Part shown: piece by piece, positions 30,180-40,285 of the stretch
Numbering within the stretch: the first letter of the stretch is position 1
Layout: each line of letters begins with the position of its first letter
IMG/VR virus record: IMGVR_UViG_3300030330_005280
Location: 1-64,000 of that record
DNA length: 64,000 nt
Reading direction: 5' to 3' (one strand)
Origin: an uncultured virus (IMG/VR IMGVR_UViG_3300030330_005280)
Taxonomy: Duplodnaviria > Heunggongvirae > Uroviricota > Caudoviricetes
Position numbers and translations under genes: made by a program
Notes under the pieces: generated by a model
The model's input: only the letters and a program-made list of their open reading frames with translations
Database searches by the model: none
Told to the model about the DNA's origin: nothing

Positions 30180-33100
30180 ATGCCTAGAAGATTTGATTTT
30201 GTTTCACCTGGTATCCAACTAACAGAGGTTGACCAGTCGCAACTACCCGTTACTACAACTAACGAACCGGGACCACTTATAGTTGGTAGAGCTCTAGCAG
30301 GACCTGCTATGAAGCCAATTAGAGTAAAGACACTAGAAGATTTTAATGAAGTTTTTGGAATTGGAATTGCTGGTAAAGGAGGTTCGGATAATGATATTTG
30401 GAGAGAGGGAAACACTCTTGGACCAACATATGGAATTTACGCTGCGCAAGCCCACTTAGCTTCAAACACAACACCAGTAACTTTTGTTAGATTACTGGGA
30501 GAACACAATAGCGAAGCAAATTCAAACGCTGAATATGCTGGATGGGCTATTGACAACAGTGCAGCACCAAATAGAGCACCTACACATAACGCTGCTGCTT
30601 ATGGTCTTTTTGTATTTGGAGAAACATCAGCAAACAAAGCAACAGGATCTTTAGCGGCTATTTTTTATGTTACAGGAGCTGCTCTTGCTTTGTACGGTAA
30701 TAAAGCTGGAACAGGTGTAGCAACTGCTTCAGCAGGTACATTGATTGATTCACTTGGTGGCTCTGTTGCTAAATTCAAAATGTATCTATACAACACAGAA
30801 AATCCTGCTGTTGGTGAGACACCAGCTGAGGAGTTTACTTTTAACTTTACACCTGGTACTTCAAACTATATTAGAGATCAGTTTAACACAAACCCTCAAT
30901 TGCTTAAAGCGAACAAGAACTTTGGCTTGACTAATAAAAGCTACTTTTTAGGAGAAACATTTGAAGAATCTGTAAGAAGTGTTGCTGGGACTGATACTAC
31001 TGCTGGAAAACAAACGGCTATTCTTTTGGCTTTAAATTCTGGATCTTTGGATTACGGACATCAAAAGAAGCAAGCAACAGCAGCAAAAACTGGTTGGTTC
31101 ATCAACAGAAAAACAGCACAAAATCAAACTCCAGACAAATTGTTCAGATTAGTTGCAATTCATGAAGGTGAATGGATTCAAAATAATTACAAAGTTAATA
31201 TTAAAGACTTGGTTCTAGGAAACAGCTTGGTTCCTAACTCTAAGTTTACAGTTGAAATTTGTGATAAAAACAATAACGTTGTTGAGCAGTTTTCTAACCT
31301 AACATTAGACCCTGGATCTGAGAATTATATTTCTAAAGTAATCGGTGACCAATATTTAGCTTGGGATTCAACAAATTTAAAATATAATGTTAGAGGTGAG
31401 TACTTAAATAATTCAAACTATGTTTATGTTGAAGTTACTACAAAAGTTGCTAAACAAGAACTAAATGACCGTCATGCACTTCCTGTGGGTTGTCATGGTC
31501 CTCTTAGACCAAAAGGTTTTACGTTGATTCAAGGATCTTCAGGTCCAAATACTCATAACGATGATGAAGATAACAAGACCCAAGCAACTGCTACGTTAAC
31601 AATCGATGATTCTAGAAAGATACAAACTGGTACTGGTATGGTAGTTTCTGCGGGTATTGATGAAGCCAATGGTGGTATTCATGTTTCTAATAATGTTCGA
31701 ACTGACCTTGATGCTGATACTCTCACAATTACTTTTGGAGCAGTTGATGCCGCTATTAAAGGTGCTAATGGAACTTCTTTAGCTTCAACAGCTATTGAGA
31801 TTGTTATGAAAAACGAGGCTGATGTTAGTGGAGAAACAGTAGGAGCAAATCAAATAATGATATCCTGTAATAAAAACAATAATACTGCCAACTATGATTC
31901 TGTTGCTCATGTTGCCACAGCAATTGCCGCAGTAATCAATGGTGACCAAAATAACGCTATACTTACTGTAGATGGTGCTAGAACTTTTAACCAATCAGTA
32001 AAATTTGGTTCTAATGTTTCTGGACTTTTAGCAACTCCAACAAATGGTGGAGACCCTGATAGTGTATTTGTTGCTACAGTTGTAAATACAAGTGGAGTTA
32101 AACTACAACTTCGTGGATCACAAGGAGTTGATTCTGGAACAAATGCTGCGAACTTTGGAGCGTACGGGGGTGCATGGGCTTCAACAACATCTCATGTTAA
32201 AATTGCTTCATCTGGTACTCTTCTTGCTAATTCAACCAGTGACCAAACAACAGTAACAGCTGGTGATGCTACAGACGCTACAACAATAACTGTAACTATT
32301 GCTGGTGGAAGCCCTGTAACAAAAACTGCTAATGTTGATTTCTTTGTTGATGGTAATGATAATGATGCGACAGCAATTACTAACACAGTAACTAATTTAG
32401 CAGCTGCTTTAAATGCAATATCTGGGATAGCTGCTGCTGGTAGTTCCGCAACTACTGTAACTCTTACACATGATGTAGCAGGAACAACTGGAAACACAGC
32501 TGTGTTGGCTTTTGCTAACGGTGCTTCTGGTACATTTACAAACCAAGGAAACGCAAACGATGCTTCAGAATTATTTACAGGTGGTTTAGACAATACAGAT
32601 GACTTTTTCCACGCATTTGTTGAAGGTAATGCTACAATTCCTCTTGGTGGTGGAGATGCTACAACTTTTGCTCATTTACCAACAAGCTTTGTAGGTTCGG
32701 TTAAGTTTCCTTCTTTAAGATTAACAGATGTAAATTCAAACTCAAATGGAAAGAATTATCCTCCAACTGCTTTGTTTGGAGTTAGACACCACAGAGGAAC
32801 CTCTACAAGAAGAGACGACTCATATATAGATCTTGTAAGAAGTCTTCCCTCTGATGCTTCACACACACTTAAGCATCATTACGGAGAAAATGATTCTATC
32901 CCAGATGCGTTAGAGTATTCTTATATTTTCTCTCTTGACGATATTTTTCAAGATACAAACAATACAAGTACTTATTACTATAAATCAGGTTCTTATGATG
33001 AGGTTTCCGCTGGGGACCAATCTTATTCACAAAAAAATGGACTGGGTGGAACTAACGGTTTGTTTACTAAAAAAATTAGACAATTTCAAGTACCACTATT

Positions 33101-34097
33101 TGGTGGATTTGATGGTCTTGACATTACAGAAGTTGAACCTTTCTCAAATACAAACTTAACAGATAAAACAAGAGTTAACTCTTATGCTTATAATTCTGTT
33201 TTTAAGGCGTTGGAAACAATTTCAGATCCAGAAGTTGTAACTTATGATTTGATTTCTTTACCTGGTGTTACTAACACAGATGTTACAGACGAGGTGTTAA
33301 GTTTAGTTTCTGATAGACAAGATGCTTTAGCTATTATTGATATACCTAGCGGTTATCAACCTGGTTACGAAAATAATGGCTCATCTGTTGCAGGATCAAT
33401 TGATGGTACCATAAACAACTTAGAAGGCCGTGTGATCAACAATTCTTACGCTGCTACCTATTACCCTTGGGTAAGACTGAGAGACCGCGTAGGAGGGCAA
33501 AATGACGTTCTATACGTGCCTCCTTCAGTAGCTGCGATAGGTGCTCTTGGAAAATCTCAAGGATTGTCAGAATTATGGTTTGCCCCAGCTGGATTTAACC
33601 GAGGTGGTATTAACGAACTTGGTGGTCCAAAAGGTCCAATTATAACAGGTACTTGGGAACACTTGACAAAAGATGATAGAGACAAGCTTTATGCTGCTAA
33701 TATTAACCCAATTGCTAGATTCCCATCATTAGATCAAATTGTGATCTTTGGTCAAAAAACACTACAACAAACACCTTCAGCATTAGACAGAATTAATGTT
33801 AGAAGGTTGATGATTCACTTGAAGTATAGAATTGGACTTATTGCTAATACAATTCTTTTCGATCAAAATGTTAGAACAACTTGGAATAGATTTAAATTTC
33901 AAGCAAGTGCAGTTTTAAATGATATACAAGGAAGACTAGGAATTGTTGAGTACAAACTAGAACTTGATGAAAAAACAACAACAGCTGATCTTGTTGATAG
34001 AAACATAATGTATGCTAAAATATTTATTAAGCCTGCTAGATCAATAGAATTTATTGCCGTTGACTTTGTAATTACCAGATCTGGTGTAGAATTTTAA
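30180..34097 (+). CDS. Contractile tail sheath protein (gp18-like) with large insertion
   Basis: FVSPGI...EVDQS, YYPW, WFAPAGFNRG, INPI, GQKTLQ..SALDRINVRRL, IKPARSIEFI. Confidence 0.97.
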   Translation: MPRRFDFVSPGIQLTEVDQSQLPVTTTNEPGPLIVGRALAGPAMKPIRVKTLEDFNEVFGIGIAGKGGSDNDIWREGNTLGPTYGIYAAQAHLASNTTPVTFVRLLGEHNSEANSNAEYAGWAIDNSAAPNRAPTHNAAAYGLFVFGETSANKATGSLAAIFYVTGAALALYGNKAGTGVATASAGTLIDSLGGSVAKFKMYLYNTENPAVGETPAEEFTFNFTPGTSNYIRDQFNTNPQLLKANKNFGLTNKSYFLGETFEESVRSVAGTDTTAGKQTAILLALNSGSLDYGHQKKQATAAKTGWFINRKTAQNQTPDKLFRLVAIHEGEWIQNNYKVNIKDLVLGNSLVPNSKFTVEICDKNNNVVEQFSNLTLDPGSENYISKVIGDQYLAWDSTNLKYNVRGEYLNNSNYVYVEVTTKVAKQELNDRHALPVGCHGPLRPKGFTLIQGSSGPNTHNDDEDNKTQATATLTIDDSRKIQTGTGMVVSAGIDEANGGIHVSNNVRTDLDADTLTITFGAVDAAIKGANGTSLASTAIEIVMKNEADVSGETVGANQIMISCNKNNNTANYDSVAHVATAIAAVINGDQNNAILTVDGARTFNQSVKFGSNVSGLLATPTNGGDPDSVFVATVVNTSGVKLQLRGSQGVDSGTNAANFGAYGGAWASTTSHVKIASSGTLLANSTSDQTTVTAGDATDATTITVTIAGGSPVTKTANVDFFVDGNDNDATAITNTVTNLAAALNAISGIAAAGSSATTVTLTHDVAGTTGNTAVLAFANGASGTFTNQGNANDASELFTGGLDNTDDFFHAFVEGNATIPLGGGDATTFAHLPTSFVGSVKFPSLRLTDVNSNSNGKNYPPTALFGVRHHRGTSTRRDDSYIDLVRSLPSDASHTLKHHYGENDSIPDALEYSYIFSLDDIFQDTNNTSTYYYKSGSYDEVSAGDQSYSQKNGLGGTNGLFTKKIRQFQVPLFGGFDGLDITEVEPFSNTNLTDKTRVNSYAYNSVFKALETISDPEVVTYDLISLPGVTNTDVTDEVLSLVSDRQDALAIIDIPSGYQPGYENNGSSVAGSIDGTINNLEGRVINNSYAATYYPWVRLRDRVGGQNDVLYVPPSVAAIGALGKSQGLSELWFAPAGFNRGGINELGGPKGPIITGTWEHLTKDDRDKLYAANINPIARFPSLDQIVIFGQKTLQQTPSALDRINVRRLMIHLKYRIGLIANTILFDQNVRTTWNRFKFQASAVLNDIQGRLGIVEYKLELDEKTTTADLVDRNIMYAKIFIKPARSIEFIAVDFVITRSGVEF

Positions 34098-34138
34098 AAT
34101 AAAATACTAATTAAATAGAAACAATAGGAGACCTAATA

Positions 34139-34702
34139 ATGGCATTTTGGAAAGACGGTTCGGCTGAGCCAAAAAGAAAATTTAGATTTAAAGCAACAAT
34201 ATTTGGAGAGGTTGCGTGGTATACCAAAACTTTTGCTGCGCCTAGTTTTACTGTAGAGCCAAAGGAAGTACATTTCAGTGATCACATATTCAAGTATCCA
34301 GGAAAATTAAAGTGGCAAGATGTCTCTGTTACCTTAATAGACCCAGGTGGTGACAACGATGTAGTAAAAAAGACACTTAAGCTTATTAGAGATGCTGGTT
34401 ACAGTATTCCAACCTCTGGGGATGGAGTAAGTGATTACGATACATTTTCTAAAGCTGAGCTTCTTTTAAATGCATCATCTGATGTTATATTAGACATTCT
34501 TGATCAGGGTGGTAATCCTATTGAAAGTTGGACTCTTCATAATGCTTTTGTTAAAGGTGTTAAATATGGAGATTTTACTTATAGTGATGAAGAAATGAGA
34601 GAAATTACTTTAGATTTTGCTTATGATTGGGCTTCTTGTCAAATAAGTACAGGTGGACCAGGTAGTGGCACTGACTCTGATGGTAGTTTTTTTGATACAT
34701 AG
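34139..34702 (+). CDS. Tail tube protein (gp19-like)
   Basis: EPKRKFRF, YPGK.KW..V.VTL.DP, W.L.NAF, YDWA; follows sheath. Confidence 0.88.
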   Translation: MAFWKDGSAEPKRKFRFKATIFGEVAWYTKTFAAPSFTVEPKEVHFSDHIFKYPGKLKWQDVSVTLIDPGGDNDVVKKTLKLIRDAGYSIPTSGDGVSDYDTFSKAELLLNASSDVILDILDQGGNPIESWTLHNAFVKGVKYGDFTYSDEEMREITLDFAYDWASCQISTGGPGSGTDSDGSFFDT

Positions 34703-34723
34703 TAAATAAGAGAGGTTTAAATT

Positions 34724-35419
34724 ATGACCTTCTGGACTAAAAGGTTAAATCCTGTTGTTCCTTATCAAAAACATAAATTTTTTGTTGAATTTGTGGGTGC
34801 ACCAAGTAATAATGCATTTTGGATATACAAGACAAATCTTCCAAAAATTACAAGAGAGATTGAATATAAACTATACCAACTTGATGTTATACCAATTCCG
34901 GGCAAAAGTAAGTGGAGCGAAATTACCATGGAAATTTATGATTGGAAACAAATTAAAACAGCTACAAATCCTAATTTTTTTCAATCAAATTCGTTCGATA
35001 CAAATAGCGGAGGCGTTAGTGAAGCGCTAAAATGGTATTCAGCGGCTTTAAGCACATTGGACTCAGATAATCTGAAATTTACTGATGAAGACAAAACTTC
35101 GGTTCCTAGTGATATTAAAGAAAACAGCAATTATATAACTCCAGGAGAAACATTTGAAAATTTTTTGTCTAATATAAAAATTTATAAAGTTTTTACTAAT
35201 GCAAGAGATTATTTTGATAAAGACAATCCAACTGATATCAATAAAGTACATACTGAATGTTGGACCCTAACCGGGTGTCACATCAAAGAAATTGATTGGG
35301 GTGATGTGGATTACTCCTCAGAAGATATAAACACAATAAAAGTTACCATTGCTTACAATAACGCTACTTTAAAAAGAGAACTGACTGAACCACCTAAAAA
35401 TAACATGCCGGTTGTTTAA
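34724..35419 (+). CDS. Second tail-tube-like protein
   Basis: PGK.KW..I.M..YD and WTL.GC...IDWGDVDYSS parallel the tube gene. Confidence 0.7.
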   Translation: MTFWTKRLNPVVPYQKHKFFVEFVGAPSNNAFWIYKTNLPKITREIEYKLYQLDVIPIPGKSKWSEITMEIYDWKQIKTATNPNFFQSNSFDTNSGGVSEALKWYSAALSTLDSDNLKFTDEDKTSVPSDIKENSNYITPGETFENFLSNIKIYKVFTNARDYFDKDNPTDINKVHTECWTLTGCHIKEIDWGDVDYSSEDINTIKVTIAYNNATLKRELTEPPKNNMPVV

Positions 35420-35463
35420 AAATAAAATAAATATAACTAATTATTACATTACAAGAGGTTTTA

Positions 35464-36294
35464 ATGTCTAGAAATGATGATCGATTAGGTGTGCCACAGA
35501 TGCCACCAACACCACAACAAAATATAACAAATAGTTTATTACAATATGTGGCCCCAACACAATTTGTTGAATTACCTTCAAAAGGTAAACCTTACCCACC
35601 AGAACACCCTCTGTACAATAAAGAATCTATAGAAATTAGATTTATGACAGCTAAAGATGAAGAGATTCTCTCATCTCAAAGTTTACTAAAGGAAGGTCTT
35701 GCTGTTGATAGGTTTATAGAAAATGTTGTTTTAGATAAGTCTATAAAAGTGAACAGTATGCTAATTGGAGACAAAAATGCTATATTAGTTGCAGCAAGAA
35801 TTTCTGGTTATGGAAGTTCCTATGATACAAAAATTGGTTGTCCAAGTTGTGGAGCAAAACAAGAATTTAGTTTTGACTTAAATAACTTAAAAGTTAACAA
35901 TGGAAATAATGTTGAAGAAGTAGAGCTGAATGAAAAAGGAAATTATGTTTTTACCTTACCAGTTTCTAAAATAACATTAGAAATAAGACTATTAACAGGC
36001 GATGATGAAGCTGCTATTATAAAAAGAGCAACAAGGAATAAAAAAGCAGCAGAGTTCTCTTTTATTGATCAGTATAAACTAATGACAGTGTCTGCAAACG
36101 GAGTTACTGATAGAACTCAAATTAATCAATTTATTGAACTCATGCCAATTGGAGATTCAAAAAAACTTTTAGAAGTTTATAAAGCTGTTTCTCCAAATGT
36201 GGAAATAAAGGACAATTTTATTTGTTTATCTTGTGGTCACATGCAAGAATTGGAGGTGCCTTTCGGGGCAGACTTTCTTTGGCCTAACAGATAA
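35464..36294 (+). CDS. Tail/baseplate assembly chaperone (gp26-like, two CxxC motifs)
   Basis: VELPSKG, MTAKDEEIL, CPSC, CLSC, terminal DFLWP. Confidence 0.7.
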   Translation: MSRNDDRLGVPQMPPTPQQNITNSLLQYVAPTQFVELPSKGKPYPPEHPLYNKESIEIRFMTAKDEEILSSQSLLKEGLAVDRFIENVVLDKSIKVNSMLIGDKNAILVAARISGYGSSYDTKIGCPSCGAKQEFSFDLNNLKVNNGNNVEEVELNEKGNYVFTLPVSKITLEIRLLTGDDEAAIIKRATRNKKAAEFSFIDQYKLMTVSANGVTDRTQINQFIELMPIGDSKKLLEVYKAVSPNVEIKDNFICLSCGHMQELEVPFGADFLWPNR

Positions 36295-36469
36295 CTATAT
36301 ATCATCTGTTTATGAACAAATCTTTGTTCTTATGAAGCATGGTAATTGGTCGTTTATTGAGTTGTATAATTTACCCGTTGGTTTAAGGTATTGGTTCTTT
36401 GAAAGAATTGTAAAACATTTTGAAGATGAAAAGAAAGCATATGAAAATGCTTCTCGAAAGACCCGATAG
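36275..36469 (+). CDS. Chaperone second segment (GT/gp51-like), probably reached by +1 frameshift
   Basis: FFGL...YEQIFVLMKHGNWSF.ELYNLP..LRYWF in the +1 frame, no clear RBS/start, directly before tape measure. Confidence 0.6.
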   Translation, partial: FFGLTDNYISSVYEQIFVLMKHGNWSFIELYNLPVGLRYWFFERIVKHFEDEKKAYENASRKTR

Positions 36470-36489
36470 ATTATCGGGTTTTTTGTTTT
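36461..36489 (+). terminator. Intrinsic terminator
   Basis: ACCCGATA/TATCGGGT stem, T-run, then CTATTTA at 36493. Confidence 0.75.
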
Positions 36490-36529
36490 ATACTATTTAC
36501 ATTATGAATAGTGTTGAGGATATCATGGC

Positions 36530-38941
36530 ATGCCAACAGATAATAATGAAACAAAAGAGCAAAAGAAAAAAGAAACTTCAGTTGAAAGAGAGAAGCGTCT
36601 TCAAGAAGAAATTGCCAAATTAAAGAAAGAGCAATTAGAGGATATGGGCCTTTTAGAAAGTGCTCAAAAAAGAATGTTGGCAAACGATCAGCGTTCATTT
36701 GATATATTAAAAAAAGCCATAGAATTAGATAAAGAAGGTGCTTTAAATGCTCAAGGACGTAATGAACTTGCTGAAGCATTGGGAATGACACAGGATGAAT
36801 TAAATAAAAAGTATGAAGAGGCTGGGGATAAACAGGAATATTTAAATAATTTATTAAAAGATGCTAAAGAGTTACTAGAAGCTAAAAAAAGAACAGCTAA
36901 AGGTTTAAATAGTGCATTTGGTAGTATAGCAACTAAATTGGGAATAACTAATAATAGTTACTCAAAGGCTTTAAAAAGCACAGGCCAGATGGTTATGGAC
37001 CTCCAAAAGATTGGTAAAGGGGATTTTATAAAAAAATCACTTGGTGCTGCTGCTGAAGCTTTTTCGTTTTCAAATGTGCTCGGAAGCATTATACAGAAAA
37101 CAGTAGCGATGGCATTTGCGGTTGATGACATGGGAGTATCCATACAAAAGACTACTGGTATTGCTGGTGGTTTTCGTAAAGAATTATCCTCTCAAATTGG
37201 TGCTGCAACAGAAGCTGGTGTTGAGTTTTCTAAACTAGGGGCATCATATCAAGCAATAACCACAGGTTTGATAGGAGCAACAGCAGATTCAACTGGTTTA
37301 AGAAAAGAACTAGGTATGCAGATAACCCAATTTGAACAGTTTGGAGTTTCTGTTGATGATTCTGTTGCTATATTAAATACTCTATCGACTACCATGAATA
37401 CAGACATGATAGAATCAATGGAGATAATGAAGGATTTGACTATGTCTGCAACTCAACTAGGAGTTGGTCCGAAAAAAATGGCACAAGATTTTAAGAAAGC
37501 TTCTACTTCTTTGGCTGTTCACGGAAAAAAATCAGTTGAAGTTTTTAAAGGTCTCGCAGTTGCGGCTAGAAATGCTGGAACTTCTGTAGATTCTTTAGTT
37601 AGCATAGCAGCAAAATTTGATACTTTTGAATCAGCAGCAGACACTGCTGGTAAGTTAAATTCTATCCTTGGTGCGACAATGTCAGCAACAGAAATGTTAA
37701 TGATGACAGAAGATGAAAGAATTGAAACATTAATAGGAACAGTTCAGGCTAGTGGTAGAGCTTTTAATGAGATGAATCGTTTTGAACAAAAAGCAATTGC
37801 TAATGCGGCTGGTATAAATGATATGGCAGAGGCAAATAGAATATTTGGAATGTCGTTAGACGCTTATAAACAACAAAACGCCGAAGCTCAAGCATCAGCA
37901 GATGCTCAAGAAAAATTCAACAAAGCAATTGATGGTGTTTTACCATTAATGACTAGGTTGTCTATAGAGTTACAAAGAATTGGTGATAATGAAGAAATGA
38001 TAAATGGTTTTATTGCTGCTTTTGAAATGGGACTATCGGCTGTTGCATATGTCATGGAGTTATTTTCAACTACAACTGGTAAAGTAGGAATATTTATTGG
38101 TGTCTTAGCTTTAAAAATGGCTGCTGGTGCCGCTTCAGGTGCTTCATTTGGTTTAGGTATGAAAGCCGCAGGAGTAGGATCAGCAGCTGCTGGTAAAGGT
38201 GGTACTATTGGTGCCGCTGGTGTTAAGGCTTTTGGAGCTGCTATGGCTGCTGCTGCTACTGCTGGGTTTCCTTTTGTTGGAATTGTTTTAGCTTTAGCTG
38301 TACCTATTTTAGCTGTTGGTGCTGCGGCAGTAGCTGCGGGTTATGGTATCTATCTAGCCGCTTCAGGATTAGCAGCATTTGTTTCAGCATTTTCAGATTT
38401 GTCCGTAGCACAAATGGTAGGACTAGCTGTTTCAGTATATGCTCTTAGTAGTGGTATGTCAATGCTAGCTGTTAGTCTTGCTATGATGGCCAATCCTGCA
38501 ACACTGATTGGAACAGCTCAATTCTTAGCAATCGCATTAGCTGTAGGTTTGGCAGCTGATGGTTTTGCTGCATTTGCAGAAGCGGCAAGAAATCTAGACA
38601 CTGCTTTTAATACTATAGTTGATAAAAGTGCTGCTTTTGCAGCAACAAAAGATGCAATGATGGAAATAGGACCTGCTATTAGAAACATAAATGAAGCGAT
38701 AGATAACGTAACAGATAAAGCTGCGTTTTCTGCTACTTTAGAAAACATAGCTTTGATAACAACAGGCAAATCAGCTGGAATAACTCAAGCTAGTGAGGCT
38801 GTGGCAGATAGAATATCTAATATTTCCGCAACATTAAAAAATAATATGCAGATCACTCTTAGTGTAGATGGAAAAGAATTAAAAACCTATATAGAACAAG
38901 TAGTTAACGGTCAGGATGGAACTGATCCTAAATTTGAATAG
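36530..38941 (+). CDS. Tape measure protein
   Basis: 803 aa helical, Ala/Gly-rich with hydrophobic stretches; canonical position. Confidence 0.85.
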   Translation: MPTDNNETKEQKKKETSVEREKRLQEEIAKLKKEQLEDMGLLESAQKRMLANDQRSFDILKKAIELDKEGALNAQGRNELAEALGMTQDELNKKYEEAGDKQEYLNNLLKDAKELLEAKKRTAKGLNSAFGSIATKLGITNNSYSKALKSTGQMVMDLQKIGKGDFIKKSLGAAAEAFSFSNVLGSIIQKTVAMAFAVDDMGVSIQKTTGIAGGFRKELSSQIGAATEAGVEFSKLGASYQAITTGLIGATADSTGLRKELGMQITQFEQFGVSVDDSVAILNTLSTTMNTDMIESMEIMKDLTMSATQLGVGPKKMAQDFKKASTSLAVHGKKSVEVFKGLAVAARNAGTSVDSLVSIAAKFDTFESAADTAGKLNSILGATMSATEMLMMTEDERIETLIGTVQASGRAFNEMNRFEQKAIANAAGINDMAEANRIFGMSLDAYKQQNAEAQASADAQEKFNKAIDGVLPLMTRLSIELQRIGDNEEMINGFIAAFEMGLSAVAYVMELFSTTTGKVGIFIGVLALKMAAGAASGASFGLGMKAAGVGSAAAGKGGTIGAAGVKAFGAAMAAAATAGFPFVGIVLALAVPILAVGAAAVAAGYGIYLAASGLAAFVSAFSDLSVAQMVGLAVSVYALSSGMSMLAVSLAMMANPATLIGTAQFLAIALAVGLAADGFAAFAEAARNLDTAFNTIVDKSAAFAATKDAMMEIGPAIRNINEAIDNVTDKAAFSATLENIALITTGKSAGITQASEAVADRISNISATLKNNMQITLSVDGKELKTYIEQVVNGQDGTDPKFE

Positions 38942-38953
38942 CGGAGAAAAAAA

Positions 38954-39937
38954 ATGGCAATGAATGAGACAAGATTTAGACAAATAGTGGCAAATTTTTA
39001 TATAGACAGACAAGCATATAAGACTGCACTTGCGAAATTATCCCCGGCAACGCAAATTGAAGTTAATGATTACGCCCAAACCGAAGCAGGAAGGAGTATT
39101 TTAAGAGAATTACAAAATGCAAGTCCTGAAAATGGTCCTGGAAATGTAGGATCAAGATCAGTCAGACCAGGAATTCCTAACAAAACATTATACGAAACAA
39201 GATCAGCTAAAAAATCAATTGGAAAAAATTTGCCACTTGAAATTGTTAGCCTTATTTCAGGAAACAAGGTAAGTATTGACGGACATATTCCCAATCTTCA
39301 ACATTCGTATACTTCAAACTGGTCTTCAAATCAATATTATGGGAGAATAGACCCTGTTCCTACCTATGGTGGAACAACTAGGAAACTTTCTTTAGAGATT
39401 GAAGTTATATCTCCATCAGCTGTAATGATCTCATCTGCTCAAGCAAATACTGATTTAAATGAAAACGGAGCTGATATGTATTCAGCTATAAACAAGGTAG
39501 CTAACATGCTGTATCCTGCTTATGACTTTTCTTATGATAATACCACAAAAACTTATAACACAGGTATAATAAAAGCTGCTCCTATCGTTGCCATAAGATA
39601 TGTAAATATGATTGTTGGTGCATGTAATACACCTTGGGGCCCTAATTTTTTAAAAGCATATATAGAAAGTTTTAATTTTAGTTTTAAGGCTGAGTCTTTA
39701 TTTGATTTAGGAATTGCTCAAAGGTTTGGTGGAGACGGTACAGTTGGTGAAGACAAAGTAATCTATTATAGACGAGCCACTCTAAGTTTTAGTTTTGGTA
39801 TTCTACACGATCATAATGTTGGTTTCGATCGGTCTGGTATTCCTATGGTTAATAGAAATATTGGAACTGGAAAAGATATAAAAGATGATCCAACTTCTAG
39901 AGAGTACCCCATGAACACTACAAGAAAAAAAAGGTAA
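38954..39937 (+). CDS. Baseplate/tube-initiator-like protein
   Basis: W....YYGRIDPV..Y.GTTR.LSL motif; follows tape measure. Confidence 0.55.
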   Translation: MAMNETRFRQIVANFYIDRQAYKTALAKLSPATQIEVNDYAQTEAGRSILRELQNASPENGPGNVGSRSVRPGIPNKTLYETRSAKKSIGKNLPLEIVSLISGNKVSIDGHIPNLQHSYTSNWSSNQYYGRIDPVPTYGGTTRKLSLEIEVISPSAVMISSAQANTDLNENGADMYSAINKVANMLYPAYDFSYDNTTKTYNTGIIKAAPIVAIRYVNMIVGACNTPWGPNFLKAYIESFNFSFKAESLFDLGIAQRFGGDGTVGEDKVIYYRRATLSFSFGILHDHNVGFDRSGIPMVNRNIGTGKDIKDDPTSREYPMNTTRKKR

Positions 39938-39943
39938 ATAATA

Positions 39944-40285
39944 ATGTCTAGATATATTAATAGAAAAGTTGTTTTTAATTCATCTGATGCCTATCAAGAT
40001 AGTGAAATATTTGAAAATAGAGGAATTAAAAGATTATATCAATATTCAACTCCAAAGTTTCAAAGATTTACAAAAGAAGAATATGATAGTGTGTCATATG
40101 AAACACACATTTGGAAAAATGGAGATCGTTATTGGAAATTGGCCAATACATACTATGGAGACCCAACATTGTGGTGGGTAATAGCTAAATGGAATTTTAA
40201 ACCAACAGAGTCTCATGTAAGTGAAGGAGAAGAAATTAGAATACCAACTAATCTACAAGAAGCATTGGAGTTAATACGTGCCTAG
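39944..40285 (+). CDS. LysM-like baseplate protein (gp53/gpX-like)
   Basis: GDRYWKLA..YYGDPTLWWVIA..N...G..I.IP. Confidence 0.8.
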   Translation: MSRYINRKVVFNSSDAYQDSEIFENRGIKRLYQYSTPKFQRFTKEEYDSVSYETHIWKNGDRYWKLANTYYGDPTLWWVIAKWNFKPTESHVSEGEEIRIPTNLQEALELIRA

